Shown here one piece after another: positions 36,311-45,937 of a stretch of 64,000 nucleotides of DNA. A program made the position numbers and the translations under genes. The notes beneath the pieces were generated by a model that saw only the letters and a program-made list of their open reading frames with translations, had not been told where the DNA came from and searched no databases. This DNA is from Syntrophorhabdaceae bacterium (GTDB taxonomy: Bacteria > Desulfobacterota > Syntrophorhabdia > Syntrophorhabdales > Syntrophorhabdaceae): contig OY762209.1 in NCBI GenBank assembly GCA_963665295.1, positions 1,920,001 to 1,984,000 of the forward strand, in the 5' to 3' direction. Position 1 is the stretch's first letter. Each line of letters begins with the position of its first letter.

Positions 36311-37306
36311 TTATTCCGTCACCACCTTAGGTATTTTTTGGTCCATAAAGAGTAAGTCAGCGAGGACAAGGGCAGTAGCCGCTTCGAGGATGACCGGCAC
36401 CCTGAGGGCGATGCACGTGTCGTGGCGGCCCTCCACTGAGAGGCCGACGATCTCCCCGGTTTCGAGGTGCACGGTGCGCTGGGGGAGGGATATGCTCGAC
36501 GTGGGTTTGACCGCGACCCGAAAGACCAGTTCGTTTCCGTTCGATATCCCGCCGTGTATACCCCCCGCGTTGTTTGTCCGCGTCTCTCCGGAGAGGTTAA
36601 TAATTTCATCGTTGTATGCGCTCCCCTCCATGCGGGCGCAGGCGAACCCCGCGCCGAATTCCAGGCCCTTGATGCCGGGGATGGAAAAGACAAAGTGGCT
36701 TATGAGGGACTCAAGGGAATCGAAGAATGGCTCGCCCAATCCTGCGGGCAACCCCTTGGCCCGGCACTCCACGATGCCCCCGATGGAATCGCGGGCTTTG
36801 AGGGCCTTGCTCACCGCCCCTTCGATGTCGGTGCTTCCGCCTGCCTCGATGAGGGTGGCCTCGATGCGGACGGGGCTTAGCAGTTTTTTCGCCACCACCC
36901 CGGCTGCAACCACGGCAGCAGTCAGTCTTCCGGAGAAATGGCCGCCACCCCGGTAATCGTTGAACCCGCCGAATTTCATGAAGGCCGTCATGTCCGCGTG
37001 ACCAGGCCTCGGCGTCTGTCTTATCTTCTCGTATGCCCGGGAATCGACGTCCTTGTTCTCGAAGAGGATGAGAATGGGCGCGCCCGTTGTCTTTCCTTTC
37101 ATGAAACCGCTCATGATGCGGGGCACGTCGTCTTCGTTCCGCGCCGTGGTGCCCGCTCTCCCACCCTTTCTCCGCGCGAGGTCCGCGACAAAATCCTCGG
37201 GGGAGAGGGCCAGTCCCGCGGGACAGCCGTCGATAAGGGCGCCCACCCATTCGCCATGGGACTCCCCCAATATGCTAAGCCTCAACAACCTGCCGAAGGT
37301 ATTCAT
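36311..37306 (-). CDS. aroC: Chorismate synthase
   Basis: GESHG, RPGHAD, GGGHFSGR, GGISNG, KPTSSI and GRHD motifs. Confidence 0.96.
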   Translation of the reverse strand: MNTFGRLLRLSILGESHGEWVGALIDGCPAGLALSPEDFVADLARRKGGRAGTTARNEDDVPRIMSGFMKGKTTGAPILILFENKDVDSRAYEKIRQTPRPGHADMTAFMKFGGFNDYRGGGHFSGRLTAAVVAAGVVAKKLLSPVRIEATLIEAGGSTDIEGAVSKALKARDSIGGIVECRAKGLPAGLGEPFFDSLESLISHFVFSIPGIKGLEFGAGFACARMEGSAYNDEIINLSGETRTNNAGGIHGGISNGNELVFRVAVKPTSSISLPQRTVHLETGEIVGLSVEGRHDTCIALRVPVILEAATALVLADLLFMDQKIPKVVTE

Positions 37307-38550
37307 GGAATCTCCTGTAATTTGCCGAGATCGTGAAAGAAATCGGGGTATGATTTCGAAACGGCGGCCCAGTTCCCGATATGCACGGGTCCTGTCCCCG
37401 CGAGGGCCGCAACGGCGCACGCCATGGCGATCCTGTGGTCGTTATGGGAGTCCACTTGGGCCTCTTTCGTGGAGCCGCCCCGCACCTCCATGGTATCTCC
37501 GGAGATGGTGACGGCAATGCCCATCTTCCCGAACTCGCTCGCCAGGGCCCGGGCCCGGTCGCTTTCCTTGTGTTTCAGCCGACCCGCCCCGTGAATCACG
37601 CTTGTCCCCTCACACGCGCTCGCAAGGGCGACAAGGGGAGGAAAGAGGTCCGGGCAATCGGTAGCGTCGAAGGTGAAGCCGTGCAAGACCTTCCTTTGCG
37701 CCTGAAGCCAGTCCTTTCCCATGACGATACCCGCCCCTGCCTCCGCAAGGGCGCCGACCACGGCTTTATCCGCCTGGAAAGAGAAAGGATCGAGTCCCCG
37801 GACCAGCACGTTTCCCGCGATCGCTCCCGCCACCAGGAGGAACGCGGCGGCCGACCAGTCTCCTTCGACCTTGTAGGCAGTGCCCCGGTACGCCTGCCGG
37901 CCGGGGATCGAGAATACGGCACAGTCTTCATCGTGCTCTATCATGATCCCGAAGTGTTCGAGAAGGGAGACGGTCATTCTGACATAGGGCGCGCTTTTGA
38001 GGTGAGAAGCGAAAATTGTGGAAGGCTCACCGCACACGGGAAGGGCCATGAGGAGCCCGGTCAGGAACTGGGAGGTTACGGCCGCATCGATGTGTATGGA
38101 GCCTCCCTTCAAGGGGCCCTTTATCATGATAGGGGCGCAACCGTTATCCGTGGCGCAGTATGCGTGGAGAGTGCGGAGTTTTTCGACCATCTCCATGGGC
38201 CGGGCCCTCAACGATCCGGAAGCAACAAGGATGGTCTCTTCAGCGGTGAGGGCCGCGATGGGGGCGAACATGCGCATGCAAAGCCCGGATTCTCCGCAAT
38301 CGAGGACCCTTTTACCCGAACTTTTGGTGAGACCGGACCTTATGATCAGGGTATCGCCCTTTCCCGTGATCTTTGACCCCATGGCCTCTATGACCCGCGA
38401 TGCGCTCAGGGCGTCGTCGCAATGGGAGGTGCGGTGTATGGTTACTTCGCCCGTGACGAGGGAAGCGGCGGCTATGGCGCGCACCGCCATGCTCTTCGAC
38501 GGGGGCGCAATTACTTTTCCTCTGACCTCAGAGGGGTTTATGGATTTCAT
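37303..38550 (-). CDS. aroA: EPSP synthase
   Basis: PPSKS, CGESG, RPM, SQFLTGLL, KESDR, DHRIAM and KSYP motifs. Confidence 0.95.
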   Translation of the reverse strand: MKSINPSEVRGKVIAPPSKSMAVRAIAAASLVTGEVTIHRTSHCDDALSASRVIEAMGSKITGKGDTLIIRSGLTKSSGKRVLDCGESGLCMRMFAPIAALTAEETILVASGSLRARPMEMVEKLRTLHAYCATDNGCAPIMIKGPLKGGSIHIDAAVTSQFLTGLLMALPVCGEPSTIFASHLKSAPYVRMTVSLLEHFGIMIEHDEDCAVFSIPGRQAYRGTAYKVEGDWSAAAFLLVAGAIAGNVLVRGLDPFSFQADKAVVGALAEAGAGIVMGKDWLQAQRKVLHGFTFDATDCPDLFPPLVALASACEGTSVIHGAGRLKHKESDRARALASEFGKMGIAVTISGDTMEVRGGSTKEAQVDSHNDHRIAMACAVAALAGTGPVHIGNWAAVSKSYPDFFHDLGKLQEIP

Positions 38551-39829
38551 GACATATCCTTTCTGTGATTTCCCGGGGTCCCAAATTGTCCGTATCGATG
38601 ATGAGATCGGAGGCTCTCGCATAGAGGGGCAGCCGCTCGCGGAGCAAGGCGTCCACCCGGGCCGGTTTGTCGGCTCCGGAAAGGAGCGGCCTCGCGCCGT
38701 CGCTGCCGATCCTTTCCATGATTGTCTCCGGGCTTGCCCAGAGCCACACGGAAACGCAGCGGTCCTTGATTGCTTTCACGTTCCCTTCCCGGGTCACTAC
38801 CCCGCCGCCGAAGGAGATCACCGCATTGGAGAGGCCGGCGGCCCGCATTACCTCTATCTCTTCCAGTTCCCTGAAGGCGTCCTCCTTGTGGCGCTTGAAG
38901 AACTCGGCTATGGGGAGGCCCGTCTGCTCCTCGATGGATTCGTCCGTGTCAACGGCAATCATGTTCAATCGCGCGGCAATGCTTTCCGCCGCCCGTGACT
39001 TTCCCACTCCCATGAAGCCTATGAGCCCCACATTCTCCTTCCGCGCCCCCTGTGTGCGATAAAGGGCGGACCTCATGACATCCAGAGGCGCTTTGGCGCC
39101 CGTAAAGATGCTGAAGGCGGGAAGGGCCTGGAAAAGGAGCCATTCCCGTGCGTCTATGATCCTCGAACCCATGGCCCGCGCGTCTGCCGTGAGGGCGGTT
39201 TCAAGGGAATAATTCGCATCGAGGACTGTCAGGCTTTTGCTCAGGGCCGAAGGGGAGACAAACCTCCCTGCGGAGGGGATACAGGAGACAAGGATGTCGG
39301 CGTTACGCACCGATTCATCTATGTCGTCCATGGAGACCGCGGCGCACCCCATGAGCCCGGCGGTCACCCGTGCCCGGTCAAAAGAGCGGTTTATGAGAGT
39401 CACCTTCGCTCCCGAGGCGTTGAGGGCGTATACGGCCGCCTTTCCCGCTCCGCTCGCGCCGAGGACCACCGCCCGCTGCCCCCTCAAGGGGACGCCGTTA
39501 CGGGCCAGGGCGTCGCAAACCCCGGTATGGTCCGTGTTGTAACCCTTGAATCGACCGTTTTCGTGAACCACCGTGTTTACGGAGGCGAGCCTTCTCGCGT
39601 CGTCATCCACTTCATCAAGATAGGGGATGATCCCGATCTTGAAGGGCGAGGTGACATTGAAGCCGGCGAGTCCCACTTTCCTTGCGGTCTCCATGACTTC
39701 CGCGGCGGTCTCGGCGGCGATCCGGGTATAGGTTGCGTCAATCGACAGGGCCCGGAAGGCGGCGTTGAAGATTTCGGGGCTCCTGCTGTGAAGGACGGGG
39801 TTTCCCGCCACGGCGAATATGGCTCCCAT
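38528..39829 (-). CDS. aroE: Fused shikimate dehydrogenase - shikimate kinase (AroE-AroK)
   Basis: GNPVLHSRSP, NVTSPFK, SVNT, NTD, GASGAG, then GFMGVGKS, FRELE, GGG and RPLL in one frame. Confidence 0.9.
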   Translation of the reverse strand: MGAIFAVAGNPVLHSRSPEIFNAAFRALSIDATYTRIAAETAAEVMETARKVGLAGFNVTSPFKIGIIPYLDEVDDDARRLASVNTVVHENGRFKGYNTDHTGVCDALARNGVPLRGQRAVVLGASGAGKAAVYALNASGAKVTLINRSFDRARVTAGLMGCAAVSMDDIDESVRNADILVSCIPSAGRFVSPSALSKSLTVLDANYSLETALTADARAMGSRIIDAREWLLFQALPAFSIFTGAKAPLDVMRSALYRTQGARKENVGLIGFMGVGKSRAAESIAARLNMIAVDTDESIEEQTGLPIAEFFKRHKEDAFRELEEIEVMRAAGLSNAVISFGGGVVTREGNVKAIKDRCVSVWLWASPETIMERIGSDGARPLLSGADKPARVDALLRERLPLYARASDLIIDTDNLGPREITERICHEIHKPL

Positions 39830-39830
39830 C

Positions 39831-40511
39831 CTACCCCTCACGCTCCGATTCTCTCGCGGGACGGGCCTTTATGCCGTTCAGGGCGAGGTGCTCGATACAT
39901 TTTTTGACGGTGTGCCGGTCGAGCTGACCTTCCACCACTTCCTTTCCCGGGGCATAGGCTGCGTAGGTAAAGGGGCTCCCCAGGAGGGGCGCGAGGACCC
40001 TTGTGACGCTCCCCTCCTTTCCCATGCCTATGACGACCGTGGGCTTTGGGGAATCGAGAAGTCCCAGGAGTCGCGCACTGTCCCTTGCCGATTTCGCCAT
40101 GCACGATATTTTGGCGATATCCGCACCTGCATCGAAGCACCGGGAAGCGATGTGGAGCAGTTCTTCCCTTTCAGGCGTTTCTTCATAATTGTGGTACGAG
40201 ACGATCACCTTGCATCCTTTTGAGCGGGCCTTTTCTATGATTTCGTCCCTCAATGACAGGGCCGATTCCATCTCCACGTCCACGAAGGACGCCCCTGCCT
40301 CCACAGCGGCGAGGAGGAGTCCTCTCCGTTCGTCGTCGTTCCCGACGCCGGGCCGGCATGTGGCGATGAGGTTATCATGGCCCGAGAACAGGGCGCGTAC
40401 ATCATCGGCGCTCACCTTCATGGCGTCCAGCCTGATTTCCGCAAAGGAAAGGTCCTTGAGAAGGGAGCGGCAGGACTCTACCGTCGTTTCAGCGAGAGTC
40501 ACACAGATCAT
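39831..40511 (-). CDS. aroD: Type I 3-dehydroquinate dehydratase
   Basis: EIRLD, IATCR, VDVE, SYHNYEETP, IAKI, GMG..G..TR and GQ motifs. Confidence 0.92.
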   Translation of the reverse strand: MICVTLAETTVESCRSLLKDLSFAEIRLDAMKVSADDVRALFSGHDNLIATCRPGVGNDDERRGLLLAAVEAGASFVDVEMESALSLRDEIIEKARSKGCKVIVSYHNYEETPEREELLHIASRCFDAGADIAKISCMAKSARDSARLLGLLDSPKPTVVIGMGKEGSVTRVLAPLLGSPFTYAAYAPGKEVVEGQLDRHTVKKCIEHLALNGIKARPARESEREG

Positions 40512-41529
40512 TCAGCACCTTTTCCAGATGTTCGAGCCTTATGGGCAGGACCTGTGCGCGCCCTATGGCTTCGAGGAGGACGAAGTTCATCTTCTCTCCC
40601 GCCCTCTTTTTGTCCTTCCTCACCGCGTCGATCATCATCTCCTTGTCCATCTTTGCTTCAAGGGGAAGTCCGAAATGGCTGATCACCGTTTCGATCCTTT
40701 TCACGTCACCCAGGGTGAGCATGCCCATCTTTTCGGACAGTCTGGCTGCGAGTACCATTCCTATGCCTATGGCCTCACCGTGCCTGAGGCCGGCGGTTTT
40801 CTCCAGGGCATGGCCGAAGGTGTGGCCGAAATTGAGTTTCCTCCTCTCGCCCTGTTCGGTCTCATCGAGAGAGACGATACCTTTTTTGACTATGAGGGAA
40901 TCATGGACAACACTCTCGATCACCCCCTTGTCAAAAACGAGCGCCTTTTCCCATTCGTTTTCAAGGTGAGAGAAGAGGGATGCGTCGCCTATGAGGGCGT
41001 GTTTGATCACCTCGGCGTAGCCGTTCTTGACCTCGCTGTCCGGCAGGGACTTGAGAAGGTCGAGATCGCACACGACAAAGCTGGGCTGATTGAAAGCGCC
41101 TATAAGGTTTTTGTATCCCCGGTAGTTGATGCCGTTCTTCCCGCCCACGCTCGCGTCCACCTGGGCAAGGAGGGTGGTGGGCACAAATCCGAACCGGAGC
41201 CCCCTGAGATAAGTCGATGCGGCAAAACCTGCGATATCGCACGTGAGGCCGCCGCCGATGCCGATAACCCACGAGGTGCGGTCAAGGCCGTGTTCCAGGA
41301 AACCTTCGTAAATAGCCTCCACCGTATTCAAAGTCTTGCTTCTCTCGCCCGCGCCTATCTCTACCACTGCGAAATTGGGAAAACGGCTGCCGTACAGACG
41401 GTGCACGGTGGCGTCCGTGATTATGACTCCGTTTCCCGAATTACCGCAGTATTTTCCGAGGTGCCCGATGGACTCTCCAATGGCGATGGTACACTTGCCC
41501 GACTTTCCGTCGATTGACATGCGCCTCAT
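40489..41529 (-). CDS. aroB: 3-dehydroquinate synthase
   Basis: [30 protein letters not shown] and [12 protein letters not shown] motifs. Confidence 0.96.
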   Translation of the reverse strand: MRRMSIDGKSGKCTIAIGESIGHLGKYCGNSGNGVIITDATVHRLYGSRFPNFAVVEIGAGERSKTLNTVEAIYEGFLEHGLDRTSWVIGIGGGLTCDIAGFAASTYLRGLRFGFVPTTLLAQVDASVGGKNGINYRGYKNLIGAFNQPSFVVCDLDLLKSLPDSEVKNGYAEVIKHALIGDASLFSHLENEWEKALVFDKGVIESVVHDSLIVKKGIVSLDETEQGERRKLNFGHTFGHALEKTAGLRHGEAIGIGMVLAARLSEKMGMLTLGDVKRIETVISHFGLPLEAKMDKEMMIDAVRKDKKRAGEKMNFVLLEAIGRAQVLPIRLEHLEKVLNDLCDSR

Positions 41530-42338
41530 AGGGACACACTCATGAACTGTTCCAGGGGTCGGACCTTACCCATCATCGCCGCGAACTGGGCGGGGTTCAA
41601 GGCCTGGTCTTTGTCGCAAAGGGCCTGCTCAGGCCGTATGTGCACCTCCACGATGATACCGTCCGCGCCGGCGGCCACCGAGGCGAGACACATGGACGGA
41701 ATGATGCTCACCTTGCCCACCGCATGAGACGGGTCCACAATTACCGGCAGATGGGTCAGTTCCTTGATCACGGGGACTGCGCTCAAATCGAGGGTATTCC
41801 GGGTGTAATTCTCAAAGGTCCGTATTCCACGCTCGCAAAGGATTACATCGGGGTTGCCTTCGCTTAGTATGTATTCGGCACAGTTGAGCCACTCTTCTAT
41901 GGTGGAGTTCATGCCTCTCTTGAGAAGGACGGGCTTCCGCACCCTCCCCACCTCCTTGAGAAGGGAAAAATTCTGCATGTTCCTTGCGCCTATCTGGAGG
42001 ACGTCCGCATATTCGCATACCCATGAGACGTCGCGAGGGTCTATGACCTCGGTCACCACGGGGAGGCCCGTCACTTCCCTGGCCTGTCTCAGGATTTTGA
42101 GACCCATCAGTCCGAGTCCCTGGAACGCGTAGGGGGAGCTTCTCGGTTTGAAGGCGCCTCCGCGGAGGGCATCCGCGCCCGCCTCTTTCACCGCCCGCGC
42201 AGTCTCCACCGTCTGTTCGAGGCTCTCCACGCTGCACGGGCCCGCGATTACGGTAAATCCTTCGCCGATGTTCAGGCTGCCTACCCTCACTATCGTTTTT
42301 TCCCTTCCCTCCAACGCTGTTAACCTTCCGGTCTTCAT
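41526..42338 (-). CDS. aroF: DAHP synthase (type I-beta, no regulatory N-terminal domain)
   Basis: [41 protein letters not shown] and DPSH motifs. Confidence 0.95.
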   Translation of the reverse strand: MKTGRLTALEGREKTIVRVGSLNIGEGFTVIAGPCSVESLEQTVETARAVKEAGADALRGGAFKPRSSPYAFQGLGLMGLKILRQAREVTGLPVVTEVIDPRDVSWVCEYADVLQIGARNMQNFSLLKEVGRVRKPVLLKRGMNSTIEEWLNCAEYILSEGNPDVILCERGIRTFENYTRNTLDLSAVPVIKELTHLPVIVDPSHAVGKVSIIPSMCLASVAAGADGIIVEVHIRPEQALCDKDQALNPAQFAAMMGKVRPLEQFMSVSL

Positions 42339-42376
42339 AATCCCTCCCTGTTCACGACCCTTGTGTCATAGTGGGC

Positions 42377-42409
42377 AAATAAAAAGGGCCATGATATTTT
42401 CATGACCCT
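42377..42409 (-). terminator. Second intrinsic terminator-like hairpin in the aro leader
   Basis: Minus strand agggtcatga-aaata-tcatggccct followed by ttttattt. Confidence 0.6.
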
Positions 42410-42410
42410 C

Positions 42411-42451
42411 AAAATAAAAAGAGCCATGGGTTATGCACCCACGGCCTCTTT
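42411..42451 (-). terminator. Attenuator terminator of the aro operon
   Basis: Minus strand agaggccgtgggt-gcata-acccatggctct-ttttatttt. Its 5' arm (gggtgcat) can instead pair with gtgcaccc inside the leader ORF. Confidence 0.8.
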
Positions 42452-42461
42452 GCCTGCCTTG

Positions 42462-42557
42462 CTAAGCCTTAAAGCCCCAAGGGTGCACACCTTTCCCGTA
42501 CCAGTACCAAAAATAATAGTACTCACAACCGGAAACGGCGCCCATCCTAGTGCTCAT
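42462..42557 (-). CDS. Aromatic amino acid attenuation leader peptide (31 aa)
   Basis: MSTRMGAVSGCEYYYFWYWYGKGVHPWGFKA*: eight consecutive Tyr/Phe/Trp codons just upstream of the terminator and aroF. Confidence 0.85.
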   Translation of the reverse strand: MSTRMGAVSGCEYYYFWYWYGKGVHPWGFKA

Positions 42558-42563
42558 AAACAA

Positions 42564-42593
42564 TATATAACACTATTCCGGAGGGGTTGTCAA
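42564..42593 (-). promoter_or_regulatory. sigma70-type promoter of the aro operon
   Basis: Minus strand TTGACA (42593-42588) and extended -10 TG-t-TATATA (42569-42564). Confidence 0.65.
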
Positions 42594-42907
42594 GGAAAAA
42601 TGGTCTGAAAAGCGGGACGAATGTCCGGGGGCCTCCGTGAAGTCCTTTCGGGCCCCTGTCTCCCGGGTCGGGCAGCGGGTTGACTCTCAGAGGGGTGGAG
42701 CATCAGGGATGCTTGCGCTGTTTCCGCAGATGGGCGGTGTTGCGGCACGCGCCGTGCAAAGCCACCCGTTCCCTGACGTTAACCCCCCCGCGGATGGCGT
42801 CCCGTTCCTCCGGTCTGCCCTGAAGCCGCGGGTCCGCAAGGGGACGAAGCGTGTCTCCGTGGTTCCCCCTCTGCGAGGTCGTGAAGCGATACTTCTAAAA
42901 CGAGGCC

Positions 42908-43492
42908 TTATGCCTTTTCCGAGAACTGTACCATGGCACGGGCCGCCCTTTTCAAAGAATCGGTTATGTCGATATAGAGATAGGATGCCTTCGGCACGCA
43001 GACCCCCATTATCAACCGGTTCTGGTGGACCAGTTCGTACTCCTCGGCCAGTCTCTTGATCTCCTCCATGTTCTTGCGGATGTTCTCTTTCAGGTGAGGA
43101 TTCCCGGTGACCAGGTAATCCCTTGCATCCGTCAACTGGGTGTATACGATGATGAGGAGCGAACCTATCTCCTTCAGTGCCTTGTCCGTGAAGGGAATCT
43201 GCGCCTCTGCCTTGATGGCCATCTTCTCCATTACGTTGGTGATGGCCTGGGCCGCGGACTGAAGAGGGATAACCGTGCTCACGTACTTGATTTCCGCCTC
43301 GTTCTTGTCCGTTTTCTTGATGATCGACTCGGAAAATGCGACGCGGGACTTGAGCAGTTCCCTGAATTTGGCGATGCTGTCTTTTAACAGGGCCACGTTG
43401 TCAGTGATAAAGCCCTTTCTCGCATTCTGTAGAATAGGCAGTGCTTCACCAAAAACGTCGGAAAGCATTTTGGTAAGTCGTTCGTCTTCCAT
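42908..43492 (-). CDS. Stand-alone PhoU-like helical protein (resembles the Na/Pi cotransporter C-terminal domain)
   Basis: PFTDKALKEI and H..RL..GVC.PKAS.LY.DI.DSL patterns; SD aggagga. Confidence 0.65.
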   Translation of the reverse strand: MEDERLTKMLSDVFGEALPILQNARKGFITDNVALLKDSIAKFRELLKSRVAFSESIIKKTDKNEAEIKYVSTVIPLQSAAQAITNVMEKMAIKAEAQIPFTDKALKEIGSLLIIVYTQLTDARDYLVTGNPHLKENIRKNMEEIKRLAEEYELVHQNRLIMGVCVPKASYLYIDITDSLKRAARAMVQFSEKA

Positions 43493-43514
43493 CTCTCCTC
43501 CTTTAGATCTTGAT

Positions 43515-43593
43515 TGCCCCGCGGGTCCATACCCCGAAGCTCGCTTCGAAATAGCCTTAAGGGTTTTGATACCCCACGGCTTGCCGCGGGGTA
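43515..43593. repeat. ATACCCC-type REP/PATE-like palindrome cluster
   Basis: ataccccgaagctcgcttcg (43529-43548) and ataccccacggcttgccgcggggta (43569-43593). Confidence 0.45.
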
Positions 43594-43732
43594 GTTCTTT
43601 TCACTCTCTATATTTTATATAGCACAGGAATAAGGGGAAAATCAGCATTCCTTTCTCTAATTCGCCGCAACCTTCCGCAAAATTTCTTTACTTTTTCTTT
43701 CTCCATGTTCACCCGGCCCTGGAGAGGGAATG

Positions 43733-43761
43733 TTGACAACGGTGCGGCCCTTTGTTACCAT
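43733..43761 (+). promoter_or_regulatory. sigma70-type promoter of the YjgN-M48 operon
   Basis: TTGACA, 17 nt, TG-t-TACCAT. Confidence 0.65.
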
Positions 43762-43810
43762 GAGTCGTGGCCTCAAGAACTCTGTGCGGGACCCCCGGGG
43801 GGAGAGATAA

Positions 43811-44893
43811 ATGACGGATGTTCCGGATGAAAACGCCGGTATCGCCATGGAGCAAAGCGGCATGGAGGGAGCCCCGCGGGCCGTCACCCGCTACGCTTTC
43901 CGTTTCGAGGGCACCGGGAAGGAATATTTTCGCATCTGGATCGTGAATACCTTTCTCACCATCGTGACCCTCGGGATTTACGCGGCCTGGGCAAAGGTGA
44001 GGACCAGACGGTACTTTTATTCGAATACCTTGCTCGCCGGCCACTCCTTTGAGTTTCTCGGCGACCCCCGGGCAATCCTCAAGGGAAATCTGATCATGGC
44101 TGCAGGGGCGGTCCTCTATTATGTCCTCAAGGACCTCCTCCCCGTCTACACTGTGTTCGTGGTAATGGCCTTCTATGCCGGACTGCCCTTCCTCATCTAC
44201 AAATCATTCAGGTTCAATGCGAGAAACACGGCGTACAGGAATATCCGCTTCCACTTCCTCGGTTCCCTGAAAGAAAGCTACAAGGTCTATCTTCTATGGC
44301 CCCTCCTTATCCCGCCCACTTTGGGGCTGATATTCCCTTACTGGTCCTTTCGGAAGAAGAAGTACTTCTTCTGCAACCTCTCCTACGGTACGACGCAGGA
44401 CTCGTTTACCGGGCGGCCGGGGCCTTTTTACCGTGCCTACATGTCGATCTTTGCCCTCGGCGTGGGGGTCATGGTGTTTCTCTCTTTCTTCGTGACCACC
44501 TTCATTCCGGTAGCGGAGGCGAAGATCCTCAGGTTTGCGGCCATTCTCTTTCCTGCGGTCTGGGTGCTCCTTTACCTCTTCCTCCGGCAACACCTTTATG
44601 TGAGACTGAACAATTATTGTCTTGCCTGTTCCGCCTTCGGCGCGGTGACATTTGAAAGCACCCTGTGGAGCGGTGGCCTTATCTGGGTCTACTTTACCAA
44701 CATACTGGCCATAATCTTCTCGGCGGGTCTGCTCGTTCCCTGGGCGAAGGTGAGGCGTACGCGCTACATACTGGAAAACATCACCGTCCTTACCACGGAA
44801 GGGTTGGACGATTTTACCGCGGCCTCCGAAGGCGACGTGGGCGCCCTGGGTGACGCGGCTACGGACTTCTTCGATATCGCCATCGGCCTATGA
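43811..44893 (+). CDS. YjgN / DUF898 membrane protein
   Basis: FEGTGKEYFRIWIVN..LTIVTLGIY.AWAKVR, repeated near the C-terminus. Confidence 0.9.
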   Translation: MTDVPDENAGIAMEQSGMEGAPRAVTRYAFRFEGTGKEYFRIWIVNTFLTIVTLGIYAAWAKVRTRRYFYSNTLLAGHSFEFLGDPRAILKGNLIMAAGAVLYYVLKDLLPVYTVFVVMAFYAGLPFLIYKSFRFNARNTAYRNIRFHFLGSLKESYKVYLLWPLLIPPTLGLIFPYWSFRKKKYFFCNLSYGTTQDSFTGRPGPFYRAYMSIFALGVGVMVFLSFFVTTFIPVAEAKILRFAAILFPAVWVLLYLFLRQHLYVRLNNYCLACSAFGAVTFESTLWSGGLIWVYFTNILAIIFSAGLLVPWAKVRRTRYILENITVLTTEGLDDFTAASEGDVGALGDAATDFFDIAIGL

Positions 44894-45918
44894 TCGAATT
44901 CCGGGCCCTTTATTTCGACGGGAAGAGATCGAAACCTCAACCGGTAACGGTTTCGTGCGACGGAGCGGCCATCGTCATAGGAGACGACGAAGGGTCGGTC
45001 CGCCTCGACATCCCTCTTGCGTCATGCAATGTGGCTCCCCCCCTCGGCAAGACCCGTCGTTCCATCAGGCTGCCTGAAGGAGGCCTTCTGGAAACGGATG
45101 ACATGGAGGCCGTAGACGCCCTGGAACGGCTTACGGGGAGCAACAGGGGCATGAAGGCGGTCCATCGCCTCGAATCACACTGGAAAGCGGTGGCGGTCTG
45201 CGTGGCCGCCCTCGCCCTTTTCCTGTGGGCCTTTACCAGTTACGGAATCCCCCTTATCGCGGAAAGGGTCGCCTTTGCGGTCCCTACGGCATCCATGGAA
45301 CGGGTGAGCCGGGATACCTTCGCTTTCATGGACAAAAGGTTCTTTCTGCCCTCGGAACTTCCGTTGCGGAGGGCGGCCGGGGTCGAAGAGATTTTTCGTG
45401 AAGTCCGGAAGGATATGGGGCCGGAAGACAATTACCGCCTTGTGCTGAGGAAGGGCCGGGGGATAGGAGCAAACGCCTTTGCCCTGCCGTCGGGACTTAT
45501 CGTGGCAAGCGACGAACTGGTCAAGGCCGGGGTGGACGATCGGGGGCTCGCGGCGGTATTCGCCCACGAGATGACCCACGTGAAGGAAAGACACGCGATA
45601 CGGCAGCTTCTGCAGAGCACGGGGGTCTTCTTCCTCATATCTGTAATGACGGGTGATATTGCTTCGGTCTCATCGACGGCCGCATCTCTTCCCACCCTCC
45701 TCGTTCAGACGGGCTACTCACGGGAGTTCGAAAAACGGGCCGACCGGGGAGCGGCGTTCTACTGCGTCCGTAAAGGCTGGGGCGTGGAGCCTTACCGTCT
45801 AATGCTCAAAAGCCTCCATAAAGGCGGGGCCGAGCCGGTTCGGCTACCCTTCCTCTCCACTCACCCGTCCCTGGAGGAGAGGCTGAAGAACCTGGACGAA
45901 TTCGAAAAGAAGCATTGA
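44890..45918 (+). CDS. M48 family zinc metallopeptidase
   Basis: NAFALPSG, AHEMTH, YSREFE..AD and STHP; the usual partner of YjgN. Confidence 0.92.
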   Translation: MIEFRALYFDGKRSKPQPVTVSCDGAAIVIGDDEGSVRLDIPLASCNVAPPLGKTRRSIRLPEGGLLETDDMEAVDALERLTGSNRGMKAVHRLESHWKAVAVCVAALALFLWAFTSYGIPLIAERVAFAVPTASMERVSRDTFAFMDKRFFLPSELPLRRAAGVEEIFREVRKDMGPEDNYRLVLRKGRGIGANAFALPSGLIVASDELVKAGVDDRGLAAVFAHEMTHVKERHAIRQLLQSTGVFFLISVMTGDIASVSSTAASLPTLLVQTGYSREFEKRADRGAAFYCVRKGWGVEPYRLMLKSLHKGGAEPVRLPFLSTHPSLEERLKNLDEFEKKH

Positions 45919-45937
45919 CACCGGTCTGTACGGTCTC

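Noticed and set aside
40189..41517. 442-aa plus-strand ORF
   Set aside because: Antisense shadow of aroB/aroD.
42600..42905. Possible ncRNA or ORF (42637-43059) in a 300-bp GC-rich gap
   Set aside because: No hallmark of tmRNA, RNase P, SRP, 6S or a riboswitch recognised. The ORF overlaps the PhoU-like gene antisense and looks non-coding.
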